A stretch of 25,200 bases of DNA from a virus (IMGVR_UViG_3300017544_000015:1-25200), one strand, 5' to 3'. Shown: positions 14,455-24,573, counted from the stretch's first letter. Numbers and translations are program-made. The notes: generated by a model not told the origin, from the sequence alone.

Positions 14455-16515
14455 ATGACAGCCAGCGCAACCAGCAAACTGGACTTCATCCTGCGCCTGG
14501 TGGACCAGGTTACCACCCCCGCCGCGAAGGCCAGCAAGGCGCTGATGGACGTGGCCGAGGTCGGCAAGACCGGCTTCATGCAGGTCGGCACCGGCGTGGC
14601 CGGGGTAGCAGGCTCGGTCATGGCCTTCCGCGAGGCCTTGGCGCCCGCCCTGGAGCAGACCAACGCCCTGGGCGAGATCCGTTCGCTGGGCGTCGCTCAG
14701 GAGGCCCTGGACGCGTTGAACCAAGCCTCCATGGAGTTCGCCGCCAACTATGGGCAGCACGCTACCGACTTCGTGCGCTCGGCCTACAAGGTGGAGGGGG
14801 CCATCAAGGGGCTGACCGGCTCCGAGCTGGCCACCATCACCACCGCCTCGAACGTGCTGGCCAAGGCCACCAAGGCCGACGCCGATACCATGACGACCTA
14901 CATCGGCACCATGTACGGCCTGTTCCAGGGACAGGCCGATGCCATGGGCCGGGCCCAGTGGGTAGACCAGTTGAGCGGGCAGACGGCCCGCGCTGTGCAG
15001 TTGTACCGTACCTCGGGCGAGCAGATGAGCGAGGCCTTCAAGGCCACCGGCATTGGCGCCTCGGCCGCGGGCACTTCGCTGGTGGAGCAGATGGCCGTGC
15101 TGGGCACCCTGAGCCAGACACTGGATGGCGGCGAAGCCGGCGGGCTGTTCAAGTCGTTCTTCGAGAATGTCAGCGCGGCCCAGGGCAAGCTGGGCATGCA
15201 GTTCACCGACAGCGCCGGCCGGCTGCTGCCCATCCTGCAGATCCTCGACAAGCTGCAGGCGAAGTTCGGCAACCTGACCCAGCAGAGCGACCTGGACGCC
15301 CTCACCGAGGCCTTCGGCGGCGAGGCCGCACGGATGATTGTCACCCTGCTGAAGGACACCGACAGCCTGGCCCGAGGCCTGGACGAGCTGGGTAAGGTCA
15401 AAGGCCTGCAGCGTGCCGAGGACATGGCGCGGGCCATGGTGGATCCGTGGCAGCAACTGGGCAGCGTGCTGGAGAACATCCGCATCAGCTTCGGCCAGGT
15501 GCTGCTGCCCGTGCTCAACCCGTTCATCATGCACCTGGTCGAAGGCGGCAAGACCTTCCAGCGCTGGCTGAAGCTATTCCCCAACATCGCCCGCTGGCTC
15601 GGCTACATCACCCTCGGCATCCTCGCCCTGGTTGCGGCCGCCGGCGCCCTGACCGTGCTGGGCGGGCTGGTCACGCTGTTCTCGCTCCTGGTAAGCCCCA
15701 TCGCGCTGGTGCTGCTGGGTATCGCCGCCCTGGTGCTGGCCATCGGCGCCGCGGTGCTGTGGTGGGACGAGTTGAAGGCGAGCTTCGGCAATACCGCCTG
15801 GTTCCAGGCGCTGGTCATCATGGCCACTCCGGTGGTGCTGCTGTTCCGCATTTTCGCCGCGGTGCTGGAGCTGGCCTGGATCGGCCTGCAGCAGATCTGG
15901 ACCGCCGGCGTCCAGGTGGTCGCCTGGCTCGGTGAGCTACTGGGCGTCACCACCCAGGCCAGCGGCGCCTGGCAGACGTTGCTGACGCTGTTTACCCAGG
16001 TCTCACCGTTCGCGCTGATCGGCAAGGCCCTGAAAGGGTTGATCGCGTTGCTCAATCGCATTCCCGGCATCAGCATCGATGCGGAATTCGGCGAAGTACC
16101 CGAGCTTCCGCCGGCTGTCACCGATGCCCTGCAGTTCGGCCAGCAGCCCCTGCCCTACCGGCCCCAGGCCCTGGCGCCGGCGCCTACGCCGGACCAGGCA
16201 CCGGTTCCCCTGGAGCAGACGCTGCCCAGCCCAATGCTGGCCGCCACCCAACCACCCGGGATCCGCCAGGGACTGACCGCCTACGACCGCGCACAGCGGC
16301 CGCTGGACGTCCGCGAGGCGCTGGCCAGGTCAGCGCCGAGCCTGAGCCCTGCGCGCCCCACCAACGTGCCGCCAGGCGGTTTGCTGAAGGTCATGCAGAC
16401 CACCAACAACACCACTACGCGCAGTGGCCCCCACATCGAGAACTTGACGGTGAACACCAGCGAACCACTCACCCCCTATGCCCTGGAAAACCTGATCACG
16501 ATGGCGGCGGGCTGA
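14455..16515 (+). CDS. tail tape-measure protein (TP901 family)
   Basis: Start MTASATSKLDFILRLVDQVT, then LGEIRSLGV, FVRSAYKVEGAIKGL and EQMAVLGTL motifs. Ala/Gly-rich helical protein with a hydrophobic central segment. Confidence 0.92.
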   Translation: MTASATSKLDFILRLVDQVTTPAAKASKALMDVAEVGKTGFMQVGTGVAGVAGSVMAFREALAPALEQTNALGEIRSLGVAQEALDALNQASMEFAANYGQHATDFVRSAYKVEGAIKGLTGSELATITTASNVLAKATKADADTMTTYIGTMYGLFQGQADAMGRAQWVDQLSGQTARAVQLYRTSGEQMSEAFKATGIGASAAGTSLVEQMAVLGTLSQTLDGGEAGGLFKSFFENVSAAQGKLGMQFTDSAGRLLPILQILDKLQAKFGNLTQQSDLDALTEAFGGEAARMIVTLLKDTDSLARGLDELGKVKGLQRAEDMARAMVDPWQQLGSVLENIRISFGQVLLPVLNPFIMHLVEGGKTFQRWLKLFPNIARWLGYITLGILALVAAAGALTVLGGLVTLFSLLVSPIALVLLGIAALVLAIGAAVLWWDELKASFGNTAWFQALVIMATPVVLLFRIFAAVLELAWIGLQQIWTAGVQVVAWLGELLGVTTQASGAWQTLLTLFTQVSPFALIGKALKGLIALLNRIPGISIDAEFGEVPELPPAVTDALQFGQQPLPYRPQALAPAPTPDQAPVPLEQTLPSPMLAATQPPGIRQGLTAYDRAQRPLDVREALARSAPSLSPARPTNVPPGGLLKVMQTTNNTTTRSGPHIENLTVNTSEPLTPYALENLITMAAG

Positions 16516-16516
16516 C

Positions 16517-16834
16517 ATGGGCAAGTACGTCGACCTGCTGATCCAGGACAACGACCTGGTGCTGGACCCCGGCCGGCTGCCAGTGCAGATCGAGGACCGG
16601 GCCAGCATCGCCCAGGACCTGGGGCACATGATCCGCGAGAGCGGGCTGCTGGTGACGCTGGTCGCCGAGCGCAGCCCGCTGCGCCGCCGCGACTGCCTGC
16701 AGCAGATCGAACTGCTGATGGAGGCCGACGGGCGCCTGGTGCCGGGTACCGCGCAGATCCTGGAACGGGGCGACGGGCGTTACCAGGTGACGGCGGAAAC
16801 CGTTGACTTCGGGAGGATGGAGCTGTGGCTGTGA
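16517..16834 (+). CDS. DUF2590-family baseplate protein
   Basis: YVDLLIQDNDLVLD, SIAQDLGHMIRESGL and DGRLVPGT motifs; HP1 synteny. Confidence 0.85.
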   Translation: MGKYVDLLIQDNDLVLDPGRLPVQIEDRASIAQDLGHMIRESGLLVTLVAERSPLRRRDCLQQIELLMEADGRLVPGTAQILERGDGRYQVTAETVDFGRMELWL

Positions 16835-18003
16835 ATGACCTTTTCCGCCAGGCACTGAGCGATGCCGGCATTCCCACCAGCCAGGCCGAGCTGGAAAAGG
16901 CCTGGGCCGCGGAGGCAGCGGCGGCCGGCAGCAACCTGAGCAATACCAGCGCCTACTCGCCGTTCTGGCGCATCCTCACTGCGCTGGTGACAAAGCCGGT
17001 GCTGTGGTTGCTGGATTTCACCGCCGACACGGTGTTGCCCAACTTCTTTGTGAAGACCGCCCACGGCCAGTGGCTGGATACGCTGGCCTGGGCCGTGGAC
17101 GTTGAGCGCAAGCCGGCCACGACGGCCGAGGGCCGGCTGCTTTTCAGCCGGGTGGAGGCCGTCGGCGAACTGGAGATCCCCGCCGGCACGCCGGTAACGT
17201 CACCGGCAATCGCTGGTCAGGTGTTCGAGGTGCGCACGCTGGAGCCAACTCTACTCGTCGATGGCCAACTCCAGGTATCGGTCCCGGCGCGTGCTACCCA
17301 GCCGGGCAGCGCCTTCAACCTGGCGCCGGGGTACTACGCCGTGTTGCCTACGCCGGTGCCAGGTATCACTGCGGTGGTGAACCCGGACGGCTGGCTGACG
17401 CGCCCGGGCGCCGACGAGGAGTTGGACGAGCAACTGCGCCTGCGGATCCGTAACCAGTTCACCGCGGTGAATCAGTACCACACCGACGCCGTTTACCGCG
17501 CCATGATCAGCGCCTTCCCCGGCGTGGCCATCGATGGCGTCTACTTCGACCATAGCGCACCGCGCGGGCCGGGCTCGGCGAACGCCTACGTGCTGTTCGA
17601 GGCCGGCGCCTCGGCTGACAGCTACCTCCAGCAGATCAACGCGCACATTCGCGAGGGCGGCAATCATGGCCACGGCGACGACCTGCAGGTGCTGCCGCTG
17701 CCTGAAAAGCCAGTGGAGGTGGACCTCGACCTGTGGCCACAGGCCCACCTGCAGCAGGCGCAGCGCGAGGCCCTGGCCCAAGAGGTGGAGCAGTTCATCC
17801 GCACCGCGTTCCGCGAGAACCAGGCCGCAGCCTATCGGCCGACGCTGACCCGGCCACAGGCCCGTTTCAGCTTCAGCCGCCTGACCGAGGAACTGCACGA
17901 GCAGTTCGCCGGCATCGAGTCGCTGCGCTTCAGCCAGGTGGACTTGCTGTGCGGACTGGAGATTCCGCGCCTTGCAGCGCTGCGGGTGGTCGTCCATGCG
18001 TAA
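16831..18003 (+). CDS. baseplate J/gp47-family protein
   Basis: SPFWRI, GADEELDEQLRLRIRNQF and APRGPGSANAY motifs. GTG start at 16831 (alternative 16825). Confidence 0.9.
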   Translation: MNDLFRQALSDAGIPTSQAELEKAWAAEAAAAGSNLSNTSAYSPFWRILTALVTKPVLWLLDFTADTVLPNFFVKTAHGQWLDTLAWAVDVERKPATTAEGRLLFSRVEAVGELEIPAGTPVTSPAIAGQVFEVRTLEPTLLVDGQLQVSVPARATQPGSAFNLAPGYYAVLPTPVPGITAVVNPDGWLTRPGADEELDEQLRLRIRNQFTAVNQYHTDAVYRAMISAFPGVAIDGVYFDHSAPRGPGSANAYVLFEAGASADSYLQQINAHIREGGNHGHGDDLQVLPLPEKPVEVDLDLWPQAHLQQAQREALAQEVEQFIRTAFRENQAAAYRPTLTRPQARFSFSRLTEELHEQFAGIESLRFSQVDLLCGLEIPRLAALRVVVHA

Positions 18004-18598
18004 GCTGACGCTGCCCTTCTGGCTCGACGGGCCGCACCTGGAGCAGTTGCGCAAGGCCGCGCAGATCTGGTGGGCAAAGGTCGAGTCCTGGCTGGCCTGG
18101 CCGCTGCTGCAGCTGGACGCCGAGACCTGCCACCCCACCCTTCTGGAACTGCTGGCCTGGCAACGGGACATCACCCGTTACGCACGCGAGCCGGAGGCGC
18201 TGTTCCGCCGACGCGTTCGCTACGCCTACGCCAACGCCCGCGACGCCGGCAGCGTGGCCGGCGTGAAGCGGATCTTCCAGCGCCTGGAGATCGGCGAGCT
18301 GAAGCTGCACGAACGCGTGCCTGGGCGCGATTGGGACATCGTGCAGATCGAATTGAGCGACGAGCAATACGCCCGGTTCACCGACCTGCTGCAGATCATC
18401 GTGCAAATGTACGGGCGCACCTGCCGCCGCTACGAGGTGGCCGTCGGCAACCTGATCACCCTGCACCTGGGGGCCATCGAGGTCGGCCACGACCAGCAGA
18501 CGCTGGTGTGCGAGTTCGGCGCCATTTCCACCACTTCCCTGCACCTGGGCGCGACCGAACTCAGCCACGACCAGGTGCATTTGATCGCCCGCCTGTAG
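17996..18598 (+). CDS. phage tail/baseplate protein (gpI-like)
   Basis: LLAWQRDITRY, YAYANARDAGS and YGRTCRRY motifs. Confidence 0.85.
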   Translation: MRKLTLPFWLDGPHLEQLRKAAQIWWAKVESWLAWPLLQLDAETCHPTLLELLAWQRDITRYAREPEALFRRRVRYAYANARDAGSVAGVKRIFQRLEIGELKLHERVPGRDWDIVQIELSDEQYARFTDLLQIIVQMYGRTCRRYEVAVGNLITLHLGAIEVGHDQQTLVCEFGAISTTSLHLGATELSHDQVHLIARL

Positions 18599-18606
18599 GA
18601 GTAGAC

Positions 18607-19479
18607 ATGGCAACCGCATTCACGCTGGCCGGGGAAAGCCTGGTCGCTCAGAAACAAGGAGCCCAGGAGGCACTGCGCGTGGCGCGCTTCGTCCTGGCCC
18701 ACGTTCCGGACCTGAACACCGCGCTACCGGTGGACCGTGAAACGGGCCTGCCGCCGGCGGATCAGATCGTCTACGACGCCCCCGTGAGCCATTCCGGCTA
18801 CTTGGACCAGAACCAGGTCATCTACAGCCTGGCCATGGACAGCAGCGTAGGGAATTTCGCCTTCAACTGGCTGGGCCTGGTCACCGAGGAGGAGGTGCTG
18901 TTGGCGGTGGCTTACGTGCCGCTGCAGCACAAACGCCGAGACGAACCGCCGCTGCACACGGGCAACAACCTGACGCGCAACATGGTGGTGGTGTTCGACG
19001 GTGCTCAGAGCCTGACCGAGGTGAACATTCCCGCCGAGTCCTGGCAGTACGACCTGACCGGCAAGATCGGCGATATCTACGCCCGCCTCGAGGCGCTGGC
19101 CGGGCTCAAGCTGGACAAAGCTGTCCTCGAGGAGGTCCCGGTCGGCGAGATCCTGGTGCGCGGCCCTGGCACGACCATGACCGGGCTACCCGCCGCCGAA
19201 CTGGTGCTGAGCACCGAGCCGGCCTCCGAGGACTTCACTGCGAAAGCGGGCGGGCGTTATTGGATCGGCACCGACCTGATCGCCACCCTGCCGACGACCG
19301 TTGACCAACGGCCCGGCGCCGCAGTGGCCTTCATCAAGGCCCTGGACGCCCAGGTGCAGATCCGCTCCCAGGTGGGCGATCCACCGATTCTCACCCGCGC
19401 CGGCCTGACGCCGGAGGTGGCGTTCGACGTCGACGCCGAGGTGATCTTCAGCTTCAACGGCACCCACTGGGAGGTGTAA
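18607..19479 (+). CDS. tail-collar fibre protein (DUF3751-like N-terminus)
   Basis: AGGAG RBS; VIYSLAMDSSVGNFAFNWLGL, GNNLTRN and IPAESWQYD motifs. Confidence 0.85.
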   Translation: MATAFTLAGESLVAQKQGAQEALRVARFVLAHVPDLNTALPVDRETGLPPADQIVYDAPVSHSGYLDQNQVIYSLAMDSSVGNFAFNWLGLVTEEEVLLAVAYVPLQHKRRDEPPLHTGNNLTRNMVVVFDGAQSLTEVNIPAESWQYDLTGKIGDIYARLEALAGLKLDKAVLEEVPVGEILVRGPGTTMTGLPAAELVLSTEPASEDFTAKAGGRYWIGTDLIATLPTTVDQRPGAAVAFIKALDAQVQIRSQVGDPPILTRAGLTPEVAFDVDAEVIFSFNGTHWEV

Positions 19480-19481
19480 CG

Positions 19482-20297
19482 ATGCCTGTTTCTCTTCGCG
19501 CCCTGCAGGGGGGCTCCTTCCCGCTGTTCGAACAGCTCTTCATCGATGACGGGCAGTTCATCGTGCCCGAGGGCGTCACCCGGGCTTTCGTCGAAGTGGT
19601 CAGCGCCGCCGGCGGCGGCCGCTATGGCGGTGCCTACGCTGCGGCCGGGGGTGGCGGTGCGCTGGCCGCCGGATGGGTGGACCTGATCCCCGGCCAGGTG
19701 ATCCCGATCATCGTAGGCAAGCCCGGTGCCTCGGTACGGGTGGTCGATGCCGACACCAGCAGCCCGGGCGGTTCATCGTCCTTCGGCAATCTGCTCTCGG
19801 CAACAGGGGGCGGCGGCACCACTAGGTCAGATTTGAACAGCTACTTCTACCCTGCCGAGGGCGGGAAGGCCTACGGCGGGCAGATCCGCATCGACGGCGC
19901 CCCCGGCGCGCTGGCCTACATCCATCGCTGGACAACCCGGATCACCCATAACGGCGGAATCATCGAGGGATCGGGTGATGGCAGGTATGTGATGACCGCA
20001 CCGGGTACCCTCGGTCCGGCCCCCGGTGCTTTCGAGTGGCCAGGAATGGAGCCGGTTATCGGCACGGGCTCGAAACTGCCGCCGTTCGGCTGGTTGAAAA
20101 ACCCTCCGCTGGCTGACATGACCCTGCGAACCAATCTGCCGAAAGTGTCGGCCGGACTCCCTACTGTCACAGGGGACAAGCTCTACAACTCCAACATCGG
20201 CGGCGCCAGTGGCATCGCAGTAGGCGTCTATCAGATCAACGACCGAGTGGAACTGATCATGCCGTCCACCCAGGGCTACGTCCGAGTGAGGTTCTGA
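19482..20297 (+). CDS. glycine-rich tail fibre / receptor-binding protein
   Basis: FIVPEGVT..EVVSAAGGG, GGGGA, GGSSSFG and ATGGGG motifs; follows the fibre gene. Confidence 0.7.
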   Translation: MPVSLRALQGGSFPLFEQLFIDDGQFIVPEGVTRAFVEVVSAAGGGRYGGAYAAAGGGGALAAGWVDLIPGQVIPIIVGKPGASVRVVDADTSSPGGSSSFGNLLSATGGGGTTRSDLNSYFYPAEGGKAYGGQIRIDGAPGALAYIHRWTTRITHNGGIIEGSGDGRYVMTAPGTLGPAPGAFEWPGMEPVIGTGSKLPPFGWLKNPPLADMTLRTNLPKVSAGLPTVTGDKLYNSNIGGASGIAVGVYQINDRVELIMPSTQGYVRVRF

Positions 20298-20298
20298 C

Positions 20299-20790
20299 AT
20301 GCGTTACGCGCGAGTGATCGACGGCAAGGCCGTCGAGGTGTTCGAGAATGGCGACTTCAACCTGACCGAGTGTTTCGTGCCGCAGCTTGCGGAACAGTTT
20401 TCCCCCGTCCCCGAGCAGGTAGAAACGGGCTGGATACGCGCAGACGACGGTACCTGGGGGGCACCGGCAGCGGCCATCCCCGAGTCCGCCAGCACCGAGC
20501 CGGCGCCCCGGCATGTGTCTGTCCTTGCGTTCCGCCAGCGCTTCACCGCCGAGGAGAAGACGGCGATCGACCTGGCCTCCCTGGATGATCCGCAGGCCTC
20601 GCTGGATCAGCGCGCCCAGGCCGCGAGCCTGCGTGTTTACCAGCAGGACCTGCAGGCCGCCGGGTTCGTTGACCTGGACAGTTCCGAGATCCGCGACGCG
20701 GTGCTGCTCATGGAGTCCATGGGCCTGCTGGACACTGGCCGCGCCGCGCAGATCCTCGACACGCCGCCCAGCGACGGTGAGTTGCCGTAA
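20299..20790 (+). CDS. putative tail fibre assembly protein
   Basis: MRYARVIDGKAVE N-terminus and AFRQRFTAEEK...VDLD...RAAQIL; position after the fibre genes. Confidence 0.65.
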   Translation: MRYARVIDGKAVEVFENGDFNLTECFVPQLAEQFSPVPEQVETGWIRADDGTWGAPAAAIPESASTEPAPRHVSVLAFRQRFTAEEKTAIDLASLDDPQASLDQRAQAASLRVYQQDLQAAGFVDLDSSEIRDAVLLMESMGLLDTGRAAQILDTPPSDGELP

Positions 20791-21704
20791 TGGGCTGGCA
20801 GTCGGTCAACCTGCAATGGCCGGGCGGCGCAATGGCCTGGCTGGATTTGCTGGATTCACCACTGGATATGGCCCAGTGGGAGCTGGATCTGATCGCCGGC
20901 GAACTCCAGGGTATCGCCGACCTGGTGCAGCCTGACTTCAGCCCGGTGAAGGCACTGGCGGAAAGCGTGATGAACGCCGGACGCGAGGCCATCGACAGTT
21001 TCTTCAGCGCCCGACCTCACTGCGTAGTGGTCAGCCCCTTCCAGTCCGGCAGCGGCCTGGGGTATCAGCGCAGCCTGTCCGCTCCCCAGGTGCTGCAACT
21101 GCTGGCCGACAAGCTGGGTGATGTCGGCGACCCGCAGCGCCCCAGGCGGGCGACTAGCGCGCTGGCCGTGCTGTTCCTCGGCACGCACTACGGCGGCCTG
21201 GCCAATGCCCTGGCGCAGTTGACCGAACTTCTACCACTCCCGGAACTGGCCAGGATCGAGCGGCGGGCACGCTGGCTGCAGCGCCTGGAGTCTGAAAAGT
21301 GGCACTTGCCCAGTCCCCGCCGCGGCCCGGCATGGGCCACCATTCCGCTGGAACGCTTCCCCTTCGTGCGCGCCTCTCACCGCCAGTTGCGCAGCCAGCT
21401 GTCCACGCTCGAAGGCTTCGTCGCCGAGATCAACCCCGTGACCGAGCTGCGCGAGCTGCAGCGACGCAAAGGGAGGATCATCGGCGAGATCCGCGCCGAG
21501 ACCGACCGCCTGCAGGAGCGCCCCAGCGGCCAGGGTGGCGCCAGCGTCCAGGTCCGCCTGCTGAAGGGCAGCAGCCCCGCCCGGCTGGGCCGGGAGCTGC
21601 TGCAGGGCACCCCTCCCGGGCATGAGTGGGCACTCTGCGCAGGCATGCTGCTGGTGGGCGATGGTAACGACCTGGACCTGATGACGGAGCTGTTGGGCCT
21701 ATGA
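20790..21704 (+). CDS. phage hypothetical (HP1-like late/baseplate-region) protein
   Basis: 304-aa ORF translationally coupled on both sides. Confidence 0.75.
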   Translation: MGWQSVNLQWPGGAMAWLDLLDSPLDMAQWELDLIAGELQGIADLVQPDFSPVKALAESVMNAGREAIDSFFSARPHCVVVSPFQSGSGLGYQRSLSAPQVLQLLADKLGDVGDPQRPRRATSALAVLFLGTHYGGLANALAQLTELLPLPELARIERRARWLQRLESEKWHLPSPRRGPAWATIPLERFPFVRASHRQLRSQLSTLEGFVAEINPVTELRELQRRKGRIIGEIRAETDRLQERPSGQGGASVQVRLLKGSSPARLGRELLQGTPPGHEWALCAGMLLVGDGNDLDLMTELLGL

Positions 21705-22243
21705 CCTTGCTCCTCGATGGCGAGCTGGTGCAGGGCAAGCACCTGAAGGTGACCGCCTGTCTGAGAATGGAAACCGGCGACCTGTCCGGGCAGACCAGTG
21801 CCACCGACCAGGCGCACCAGGGCTTCAAGCCGAAAACGCTGACCATTGCCCTGATGATCCCCTTTCGTGAGCACGCCCAGCTGAAGTCGCTGCTGCGCCT
21901 GGCCGAGGCGACAGAAAGTGGCGGGCAGCGGAAGGTTTACCGCATCGTCAACGACACGGCCAACGCCTTCGGCATTCGCCAGGTGCGCTTCGCCGACACC
22001 GTATTCGCCCGTGAGGACGATACCCTGGCCGCCTGGCGCATCCAGTTCGACCTGGTCGAAAAGCTGTCGAACCCGGAGCGCGTGGAGAAACGCCGCCGTG
22101 ACGGCCCACTGCAGCAGCAACAGGGCCCGGGGACACCCATAACTGCGAACGGCGACGGGGCGACGGCGCAAGCCCCTGATGAACTCAGCGAGTTCGAGCA
22201 GCTGCTGCAGCGCGTGGACAGCTGGCTAGGCAAGCCGTCATGA
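21701..22243 (+). CDS. phage baseplate complex protein (HP1-like)
   Basis: DLSGQTSAT, YRIVNDTANAFGIRQVRF and LSNPERVE motifs; ATGA coupling. Confidence 0.75.
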   Translation: MTLLLDGELVQGKHLKVTACLRMETGDLSGQTSATDQAHQGFKPKTLTIALMIPFREHAQLKSLLRLAEATESGGQRKVYRIVNDTANAFGIRQVRFADTVFAREDDTLAAWRIQFDLVEKLSNPERVEKRRRDGPLQQQQGPGTPITANGDGATAQAPDELSEFEQLLQRVDSWLGKPS

Positions 22244-22944
22244 AGCTGCACAAGCGCCTGACCATCAACGGCGACGCCTTCGCGCTGGTACACGAGGACG
22301 TGCGCCTGGATCTGCACGCACCTGGTCGTGCGGCCTTCACCATCGACGCGCCGGCGCCGGCCCGTGGGCTGGTGGCCTTCGACTTCGGCTACAACGACGC
22401 GCCCTTGGAGCGCTTCTTCCTGGGCTACATCGAGCGCGCCAGCCAGGCCAACGCCCGCGAGCAGGTGCTGTTCTGCCGCGAGCTGACCGGCACGCTGGCC
22501 GCACCGCTGCCCCTAAACCTGCGCCACGTCACCGCGGGCCAGGTCCTGGCCGAGATCAGCCGCCTGACCGGGCTGCGCTTCAGCCTGCCCGACACCCCCT
22601 ACAGCCGCCGCAAGGCCCCGTTCTTCTACAGCCTGGCGGCCGGCTTCCAGGCACTCGACAGCCTGGGGCGGGTGTTCGGCATCCCCGATTACGTCTGGCA
22701 CCAGCAGGGCGATGGCGGTGTGTTCGTCGGGAGCTGGGCCGACAGCTACTGGGGCACACGTGAGCCCCTGGGGCTGCCGGTGGAACTGCTCAAGCACTAC
22801 CAGGGCAACGAAAGTGCGGTCATCGGGGCAATCCCCGGGCTACGCCCTGGTGCAATGCTCAACCCAGGCCAGCGCCTGACCTCGGTCACGCTGGCCGGCA
22901 CTGAGATGGCACTGAGATGGACAACGCGATCAAACGCGCTGTAG
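22240..22944 (+). CDS. phage tail/baseplate hub-like protein
   Basis: WHQQGDGGVFVGSWADSYW and IPGLRPG motifs; synteny with the penultimate HP1 gene. Confidence 0.7.
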   Translation: MKLHKRLTINGDAFALVHEDVRLDLHAPGRAAFTIDAPAPARGLVAFDFGYNDAPLERFFLGYIERASQANAREQVLFCRELTGTLAAPLPLNLRHVTAGQVLAEISRLTGLRFSLPDTPYSRRKAPFFYSLAAGFQALDSLGRVFGIPDYVWHQQGDGGVFVGSWADSYWGTREPLGLPVELLKHYQGNESAVIGAIPGLRPGAMLNPGQRLTSVTLAGTEMALRWTTRSNAL

Positions 22945-23888
22945 AGCGCAAATTTCCCGAGCTGGCCGGCGGGTATCACCTGCCCCGCTTCGCCCAGGTG
23001 CTCGGAGTTGCCGATGCACCGACGCAGGCCGGACTCTGCGATGAGTTCCGCCCACGCTTCGCGGTGGACCTGCAGGTGCTCCTCGAGGACGGCGAGCCGG
23101 ATCCGGCCATTCCAATGCTCCCAGGCGTCCCCCTCCCCTTACCCATTGGCGGCGAGGAGATGGGGCTGTTCGCCTTCCCTGCCGAGGGGACGCTGGTGGT
23201 GGTGTGCTTCGCCTACGGGCTCCCCAGCAAGCCCTACGTGCAAACGATCCTGCCCCACGGCCTGAGCCTGCCCCGGGTGCCGCAGGGTGACCAGGTGTGG
23301 CAACACTCCGAGGCAGCGCAGCAACGCGTCGACGCCACCGGCAACTGGAGCCGCCAGACCGACATGCGGATCCGCGACGAGTCCTTCGAGCGCGAGGTGA
23401 TCGCCGACACCAACGCCGAGCGCTACAACAGTTCCCAGATCCGGGTGGATGAGCATGCCACCGAGCAAGTCGCCGGCATCAAGACGTTGGAGGCCTGCGG
23501 CGCACTGAAGCTGCTGTCCGGGGGCTCCGCGCTGCTGGCGTCCGTGGACAACCTGCACGTCGCTACCAGCCGCTCCTACACGCTCTCCACCAACGCAAAT
23601 AGCACCTGCACCATCGGCGGCACGCTCCTGGAACGGATCCAGGCGAGCCGCACCAGCATCGCCCAGATGCAACGCCTGCAGGCGGGGAAAACCTGGATCG
23701 GCTCGGAGACCGTCAACCTGCTGCAGATCGTGGCCGACCTCCTGTCGCTGATCGCCGACATGAATGCCGAGATCGCCGCCCACGTGCACCCGGCGAACGG
23801 GAAGCCGCCGACGAATGCCGGCGCATTCGGCGCCTTGGCCGGCACCGCGATGGCGCTGAACGCACAGACAAGCAGTATCAAGGCCTGA
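22917..23888 (+). CDS. baseplate spike protein (gpV-like)
   Basis: HLPRFAQV N-terminus, beta-repeat-like middle region, and a C-terminal HxH (AHVHP) metal-binding tip motif. Confidence 0.75.
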   Translation: MDNAIKRAVERKFPELAGGYHLPRFAQVLGVADAPTQAGLCDEFRPRFAVDLQVLLEDGEPDPAIPMLPGVPLPLPIGGEEMGLFAFPAEGTLVVVCFAYGLPSKPYVQTILPHGLSLPRVPQGDQVWQHSEAAQQRVDATGNWSRQTDMRIRDESFEREVIADTNAERYNSSQIRVDEHATEQVAGIKTLEACGALKLLSGGSALLASVDNLHVATSRSYTLSTNANSTCTIGGTLLERIQASRTSIAQMQRLQAGKTWIGSETVNLLQIVADLLSLIADMNAEIAAHVHPANGKPPTNAGAFGALAGTAMALNAQTSSIKA

Positions 23889-23889
23889 C

Positions 23890-23927
23890 CCATGAAAAAG
23901 CCCGCCAGGTGGCGGGCTTTTTCATGG
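23890..23927. terminator. bidirectional intrinsic terminator
   Basis: Perfect 17-bp inverted repeat CCATGAAAAAGCCCGCC-AGGT-GGCGGGCTTTTTCATGG between convergent genes. Confidence 0.92.
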
Positions 23928-23955
23928 TGTACCTATCTCATCAGGCCGTGGGCGC

Positions 23956-24363
23956 CTATGCCCCCTCCAGCGCCTTGATGGCCGCATGCGCCAGGAATCC
24001 CGAGCGGCTTTTCTCGTCGGGGTGGTGCTTCACGTAGTCATCAATCCGCTTAACCAGGTAGCCCGGTAGGGTGATGTTCAATTTCTCGGCCTTGCCCATG
24101 AACTGGGTGACGTCGATATCGACCAGTGCCCAGGTGCAACCGGCATAGTCTGGATTGCCGGCGTGTGCAGTCACCGTGCGAGCTACCGGGATAGCGGCGC
24201 CATCCTCGGCCAGAATCGACAAATGACCTTCGATGGCCTCGCGCGCCATCACCATGGCATCGTCCAAATCATCACCCGCAGAGAAACAGCCGGGAATATC
24301 GGGGACTTCTACTCCCCAGGCGTGCGTCTCGTCGCCGGGGGAAATCGCGATTGGATAGAGCAT
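23956..24363 (-). CDS. hicB: type II TA antitoxin HicB
   Basis: MLYPIAI...WGVEVPDIPGCFSAGDDLDDA...AREAIEGH, plus a C-terminal RHH (KLNITLP...SRSGFLA). Confidence 0.95.
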   Translation of the reverse strand: MLYPIAISPGDETHAWGVEVPDIPGCFSAGDDLDDAMVMAREAIEGHLSILAEDGAAIPVARTVTAHAGNPDYAGCTWALVDIDVTQFMGKAEKLNITLPGYLVKRIDDYVKHHPDEKSRSGFLAHAAIKALEGA

Positions 24364-24390
24364 GTCTCGACTCCTTCGAGGTAACCCAGC

Positions 24391-24573
24391 TCAATCGAGC
24401 TGGGCTTGTTTCTTGATGCTGTTGACCGTCTTTATCAGAAGATCCTTCTTAGGGTGAGGGATCGTTACCAGTCCGCGCTTTTTTGGGTGCTTGAAATGGT
24501 GGTGATCGCCTGTGATTCGCACCAGATACCACCCATCCGCCTCGACGATTTTGATTAGCTCACGGCTCTGCAC
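24391..24573 (-). CDS. hicA: type II TA toxin HicA
   Basis: SRELIKIVEADGWYLVRITGDHHHFKHP...VTIPHPKKDL; GTG start with a GGAGG RBS. Confidence 0.95.
   Translation of the reverse strand: MQSRELIKIVEADGWYLVRITGDHHHFKHPKKRGLVTIPHPKKDLLIKTVNSIKKQAQLD

Noticed and set aside
12953-14458. 501-aa plus-strand ORF across the accessory cassette
   Set aside because: It has no recognisable motifs, lies antisense to the NYN gene and crosses terminators and RNA elements.
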